14,041 bases of DNA from an uncultured Verrucomicrobiales bacterium. GTDB lineage: Bacteria > Verrucomicrobiota > Verrucomicrobiia > Verrucomicrobiales > DEV007. Where the stretch lies: NCBI GenBank assembly GCA_938091905.1, contig CALKOM010000127.1, positions 1 through 14,041 on the forward strand. Reading direction: 5' to 3'. Below the pieces are notes generated by a model, which was given only the letters and a program-made list of their open reading frames with translations, ran no database searches and had not been told where the DNA came from. A program made the position numbers and the translations under genes. This document shows, in pieces, positions 10,148 to 14,041 of the stretch (position 1 is its first letter; each line of letters begins with the position of its first letter).

Positions 10148-11276
10148 ATGAGTGAAAAGAACAAAGGCAATGTCGACGAGTTGGAAGGCTTTTCCACCAA
10201 CGCCCTCAAGGGCCGCTTAGGCGAACTTCGGAGGTATCTTTGACCTCCCTAGCCTAGAAGCAGGCCTCGCCAAGCTCGAACAAGAGATGACCGCCCAGGA
10301 TTTCTGGGACAACAAAGACCAAGCTCAAGCCAAAGTCGAACAGGTCGCTCGCATCAAGAATAAAATTCAACCTCTCTACGGTCTCGACGAGAGAATCGAA
10401 GATATCGGTGTTTTTTATGAAATGGCGCGTGAAGAGAAAGATCAAGAATCTCTCACAGAAGTCTTAAATGACTGGAAAGCCATCCAGCGAGATCTCGGCG
10501 CCTTCGAACTTCAGCAGTTCCTCTCCGGCCAACACGATATTTGTAATGCATTCATCACGATCCATGCTGGCGCAGGAGGGACCGAAGCCTGCGACTGGGC
10601 GGAGATGCTCGTGCGCATGTACAAGCGCTGGGCCGAGCGATCTGGCTTCAAGATTAATATGTTAGATCTGCAAGATGGTGAAGCTGCTGGTGTGCGCTCA
10701 GTGACCATGCAAATCATGGGTGACTACGCATACGGCTATCTCAGCTGCGAACGTGGCGTGCATCGGTTAGTCCGCATCTCACCTTTCGACTCGAACGCCA
10801 AGCGCCACACCTCGTTCGCCTCGCTCGACGTCACTCCTGAGATCAAAGACACTGGCGAGATCACCGTCGACCCGAGTGAAATCGAGATCACCACCGCCCG
10901 CAGTGGCGGCAAAGGTGGGCAGAATGTGAACAAAGTGGAAACCGCCGTACACCTTCGTCACCTACCAACGAACATCATGATTCGTTGCACGCAAGAGCGC
11001 TCTCAGGGGCGGAATCGTGAAGTCGCCATGGAGATGCTCTTGTCCAAACTTGCCCAAATCGAAGAGGACAAACAACGCGTCGAATCCGAACGCGCCTACG
11101 GAGAGAAAGGTGAGATCGCCTGGGGCAATCAGATTCGTTCTTACGTCTTTCAACCCTATCAAATGGTCAAAGATCTCCGCACCGGAGAAGAAACCTCCAA
11201 CATTTCCGACGTCATGGACGGCGCCTTGGATCCCTTTATAGAAGCCAAGCTTCGCGGTCAGGAACGAGACAGCTAA
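10148..11276 (+). CDS. prfB: Peptide chain release factor 2, translated through a +1 programmed ribosomal frameshift (about 375 aa)
   Basis: ATG 10148, 31 codons ending ...ELRRYL, CTT TGA C at 10238-10244, then the +1 frame (GAC 10242) joins ORF 10287..11276. RF2 SPF motif (RISPFDS), catalytic GGQ ([16 protein letters not shown]), GAGGTEA and WGNQIRSYV. Confidence 0.97.
10230..10244 (+). promoter_or_regulatory. prfB autoregulatory +1 frameshift cassette
   Basis: GGAGGT internal Shine-Dalgarno-like sequence directly before CTT-TGA-C (CGG AGG TAT CTT TGA C), the canonical RF2 shift site. Confidence 0.95.
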
Positions 11277-11280
11277 CACC

Positions 11281-11772
11281 ATGGCAGAGATCGAAACCGT
11301 CACCAGCGTGCTTCATTTCACCGGGCCCGCCAGCGCTGCGGATATTACTCTGGCCCTCCGTCCCATCAACCCTGGCACGGACAAACAAGCCCTCCTCGAC
11401 CTCTACTTCATCGCCTTTCACAACACCCACGAATTCAACGGCTGGCCCTTAGAAGAAATCCTCCAGCAAGCTGAAAGCGATATCAACTCTGCCCTAGCCA
11501 ACCTTCACCCACAGGCTTCGTGCCTAGCTGAAGACCAGGAAATGGGAACCATCGTCGGTGCCGCGCTCATCGATGAAGATGGCACTCACCTCCGTCACAT
11601 CATGATCGATCCCACTTGGCAACGGCAAGGCCTCGGCACGGCAATGCTTCATAGCGTCACGGCGACATTGAGCAAGGCCGAGAAGACGTCTCTCCGCAGC
11701 TGCTACGCTCTCGGAAATGAGCCAAGTCGCAAATGGCATCAGAGCATGGGATTTGACGAGCAGCAAATGTAG
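11281..11772 (+). CDS. GNAT family N-acetyltransferase
   Basis: 163-aa ORF starting 4 nt after the prfB stop. Acetyl-CoA motif A IMIDPTWQRQGLGTAML and C-terminal NEPSRKWHQSMGF. Confidence 0.9.
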   Translation: MAEIETVTSVLHFTGPASAADITLALRPINPGTDKQALLDLYFIAFHNTHEFNGWPLEEILQQAESDINSALANLHPQASCLAEDQEMGTIVGAALIDEDGTHLRHIMIDPTWQRQGLGTAMLHSVTATLSKAEKTSLRSCYALGNEPSRKWHQSMGFDEQQM

Positions 11773-12561
11773 TCTAATAGTGGATGTTGGTGTTCAATAG
11801 TTTAAACACACCTCGTAACCGTTCCAAGCAACCGAATGTGCCAGCATCGAGTGATAACAAGCTACGGTCAGTTTGGGGTGGATTAGAGTGAGTCCACGCC
11901 ACCAAGGCAGACCAATACTAGTCCTCGTGATCGGTTTGTAAGGTCGAGCGACAGGGAGGCGCCGCGGTGCTCCGCATTGAAACCATCTCCCTCCGCGAGC
12001 AATGGATGCCTCACATAATATCTCGACTCGCCCAATCCTCTTCCACTGCTCCACAGCGACGACAACGAAGCCCACCAATCGATCTAGAAATCTCGCACCC
12101 CTCCGATTGCCCGATTCACGATGAACCTTCTTGCAACGGTATCGAAAGCACTCTTTCTGGCGATCCAGTGTAGGCTGACTGACCGTAGCGACACTGACGG
12201 CCAAGTTCTGACAACAACAACTTAGGCATGGAAAACTTTATAAACTATCGCGTCTTAGGAGAGCACAAGCACCCGTGACGCGCATGCCAATCCGAGACTC
12301 TAAAGCACTTTGGTCAACGCTATCAATATCCTTTTCTATAGGTTTTCAAATAATAAGCTGTTACCATGTTTCCTTGCCAATGACACCCCAAAACCGATAA
12401 GGGTAGTTTATTTCCCTACATTGCTCAGCAAGCTCAATCAACCACTGCTGCTCAAGCAGATCCCTTGATCTGCACGATCCATTTATCCCAAACCGCAAAT
12501 TGTTCTGACAAAATCGACGGTTCCCTTTCCCAGCGTCAAGCTTCATAAGCTTACTCGGCCG

Positions 12562-13121
12562 GGCATATCTGTGTTCCTTTCGAAACGCTCCCTACTCCCT
12601 TACAAAGACAAAGTCGATTTAAACGAGAGCATTGTCGAGAGGGCAGTTCTACCATGAACCAATTCGTAGGTAAGGAATCCCCGTGTCTTCATATAAGCGA
12701 TGAAAGCATCTAGCTGCGGAGCTCCCTTCATGAACTCGAAATAAGACACTTCCAGAACGATTACTTCCGTATCGTCTAGAATCTCTGTCGCCCCATCCAG
12801 CTCGGCACCCTGAACATCGATCTTGATTAAGTCGGGTCCGGAACGTCCGTGACCTTTCACAACGTTATCAATGCGGATCTGAGGCACAACTACTTCGTCA
12901 CCATCAGCAACCGAACCCATGCTCTCCTTACAGAGCGAGGATCCATCAAGCTGATGGGAATGCGCATTGAAGGTGCCCCCCCCGACAACCAGACCCGCCG
13001 CCAACACATAGTCACCTTGGTAGCGCCGCAAGATTCGTTTCAGGTCGCCTTCGAAAGCCTGGAGAGGCTCAATGAGATTGAAATGAGAGTCCGGGAAGAC
13101 TTCATAAAGTTCAGGAATTCC
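12562..13121 (-). pseudogene. FkbM-family SAM-dependent methyltransferase, 5'-truncated and frameshifted
   Basis: GIPELYEVFPDSHFNLIEP...DLIKIDVQGAELDGA...VIVLEVS...YMKTRGF. After a frameshift near 12650 it continues NCPLDNALV*IDFVFVRE*GAFRKEHRYA (stops at 12619-12621 and 12592-12594). The SAM-binding DVG start is missing; the first 10 residues of the listed ORF are antisense prfB. Confidence 0.85.
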
Positions 13122-13678
13122 TCTCCGGCCCACACGATATTTGCAATGCATTCATCACGATCCATGCTGGCGCAGGAGGGACCGAACCCTGCGACTGGGC
13201 GAAGATGCTTGTGCGCATCTACAAGCGCTGGGCCGAGCGATCTGGCTTCAAGATTAATGTGTTAGATCTGCAAGATGGTGAAGCTGCTGGTGTGCGCTCA
13301 GTGACCATGCAAATCATGGGTGACTACGCATACGGCTATCTTAGCTGCGAACGTGGCGTGCATCGGTTAGTCCGCATCTCACCTTTCGACTCGAAAGCCA
13401 AGCGCCACACCTCGCTCGCCTCGCTCGACGTCACCCCTGAGATCAAAGACACCGGCGACCCCAGTGCAATCGAAATCACCACCGCCCGCAGTGGCGGCAA
13501 AGGTGGGCAGAATGTGACCAAAGCGGAAACCGCCGTCTACCTGCACTACCTACCGGCGAACATCATGATCCGTTGCACACAAGATCGCTCTCAACGGCGG
13601 AATCGCGAGGTCGCCATGGATGCCGCACTAAATCCATTTATCGAGGCCAAACTCCGCGGCCACGAACGAGACAACTAG
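13118..13678 (+). pseudogene. prfB: Partial second copy of prfB (5'-truncated, two in-frame deletions)
   Basis: Aligns with 10518-11276 (offset 2600 at the start). Has 12-bp and 186-bp deletions. Keeps SPF and GGQ, but conserved positions are changed: GTEA>GTEP, HTSF>HTSL, NVNKV>NVTKA. Confidence 0.9.
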
Positions 13679-13684
13679 AGGCCA

Positions 13685-13905
13685 ATGGCAGGGGTCGAGA
13701 CCGTCACCTGCAAATTCCAGTTCACGGAGCCCATAGGTCGCATCGACATAACCGTCGTCCTCCGTCCCATCCCGTCGCCCCCGTAGCAGACAGACAGCCC
13801 TCCTTGCACTCTACTTCCTAACGTTCCACGCTGTCCACGAATTCGATACCTAGCCATTGAAAGAAATCCTCTAGCAAGCCGAGAGCGATATTTCTTCGGC
13901 CCTAG
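13685..13905 (+). pseudogene. Degraded second copy of the GNAT acetyltransferase (5' part)
   Basis: MAGVETVTCKFQFTEP...DITVVLRPI / ALLALYFLTFHAVHEFDT*PLKEIL*QAESDISSAL versus MAEIETVTSVLHFTGP...DITLALRPI...ALLDLYFIAFHNTHEFNGWPLEEILQQAESDINSAL. Frameshifts in about 13770-13800; TAG at 13851 and 13872. Confidence 0.88.
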
Positions 13906-13922
13906 GAGTCTGTCGGAGTTAG
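13902..13922. mobile_element. Possible insertion-sequence/MITE terminus at a CTAG site
   Basis: Clear GNAT homology stops at CTAG (13902-13905; CTAG is also at 11494-11497 in the intact gene) and is followed by GAGTCTGTCGGAGTTAG, which resembles IS ends I recall as CTAG-GAGCCTGTCGGACTT. No partner repeat or transposase in the window. Confidence 0.35.
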
Positions 13923-14041
13923 ACTGACGGCTCCGAGTGATTTGGTTGTGACGGGTGATTCCAAGGACGTCTTTGGAGGCCGCGCTGATTGATGCCCTTG
14001 GTAATAGTGGTTGCGATGATGGGCGCTTTGGCTCGAATCTT

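Larger units (their letters stand above)
10518..13905 (+). repeat. Imperfect direct repeat: 10518-11497 versus 13118-13905 (prfB 3' part + GNAT 5' part)
   Basis: Direct base-by-base comparison, e.g. ttcctctccggcc[a/c]acacgatatttg[t/c]aatgcattcatcacgatccatgctggcgcaggagggaccgaa at both 10518 and 13118. Confidence 0.95.

Noticed and set aside
10287..10289. ATG 10287 as the prfB start, or prfB as a pseudogene
   Set aside because: The canonical SD + CTT-TGA-C site links it to the upstream frame starting at 10148.
11794..12204. 136-aa minus-strand ORF as a GNAT-like gene (LVGFVVVAVEQWKRIGRVEIL)
   Set aside because: TTG start, no acetyl-CoA motif, Arg/Cys-rich composition; resemblance too weak.
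12849..13265. 138-aa plus-strand ORF across the junction
   Set aside because: Antisense FkbM fused to an off-frame reading of prfB; the same shadow peptide appears at 10468-10665.
648..13874. Stop-codon reassignment or amber readthrough (about 11 of 17 premature stops counted are TAG, next to release-factor genes)
   Set aside because: Intact recO, TPR and GNAT genes end in TAG. The broken genes also have TAA/TGA stops, frameshifts and deletions, and the TAGs replace different residues (K, W, Q), so this is ordinary decay.
1..14041. CRISPR array, tRNA/rRNA, integrase or transposase gene
   Set aside because: No regularly spaced repeats, RNA-gene signatures or recombinase motifs seen by eye.

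Overview
Bacterial window, most likely PVC superphylum (Verrucomicrobia/Planctomycete-type gene content; inferred from gene families, not from a search). Intact genes: a minus-strand run recO - TPR protein - DUF1501 - DCC1/DUF393 oxidoreductase - secreted PQQ-like beta-propeller, plus prfB (RF2, with the classic +1 programmed frameshift, so it starts at 10148 rather than 10287) and a GNAT acetyltransferase. Roughly half of the window is decayed coding sequence: a secreted 'FRYALERW' protein remnant, a large PQQ-repeat gene, an ECF sigma factor followed by two paralogous membrane Ser/Thr kinases, and an FkbM methyltransferase. The most unusual structure is a second, decaying copy of the prfB 3' part plus GNAT, 2600 bp downstream. 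Its identity to the intact copy falls stepwise (about 96%, 88%, 74%) and it is joined to the FkbM remnant through a microhomology. This fits replacement of the prfB 3' end by a foreign allele that displaced the old one. I see no clearly intact novel system.
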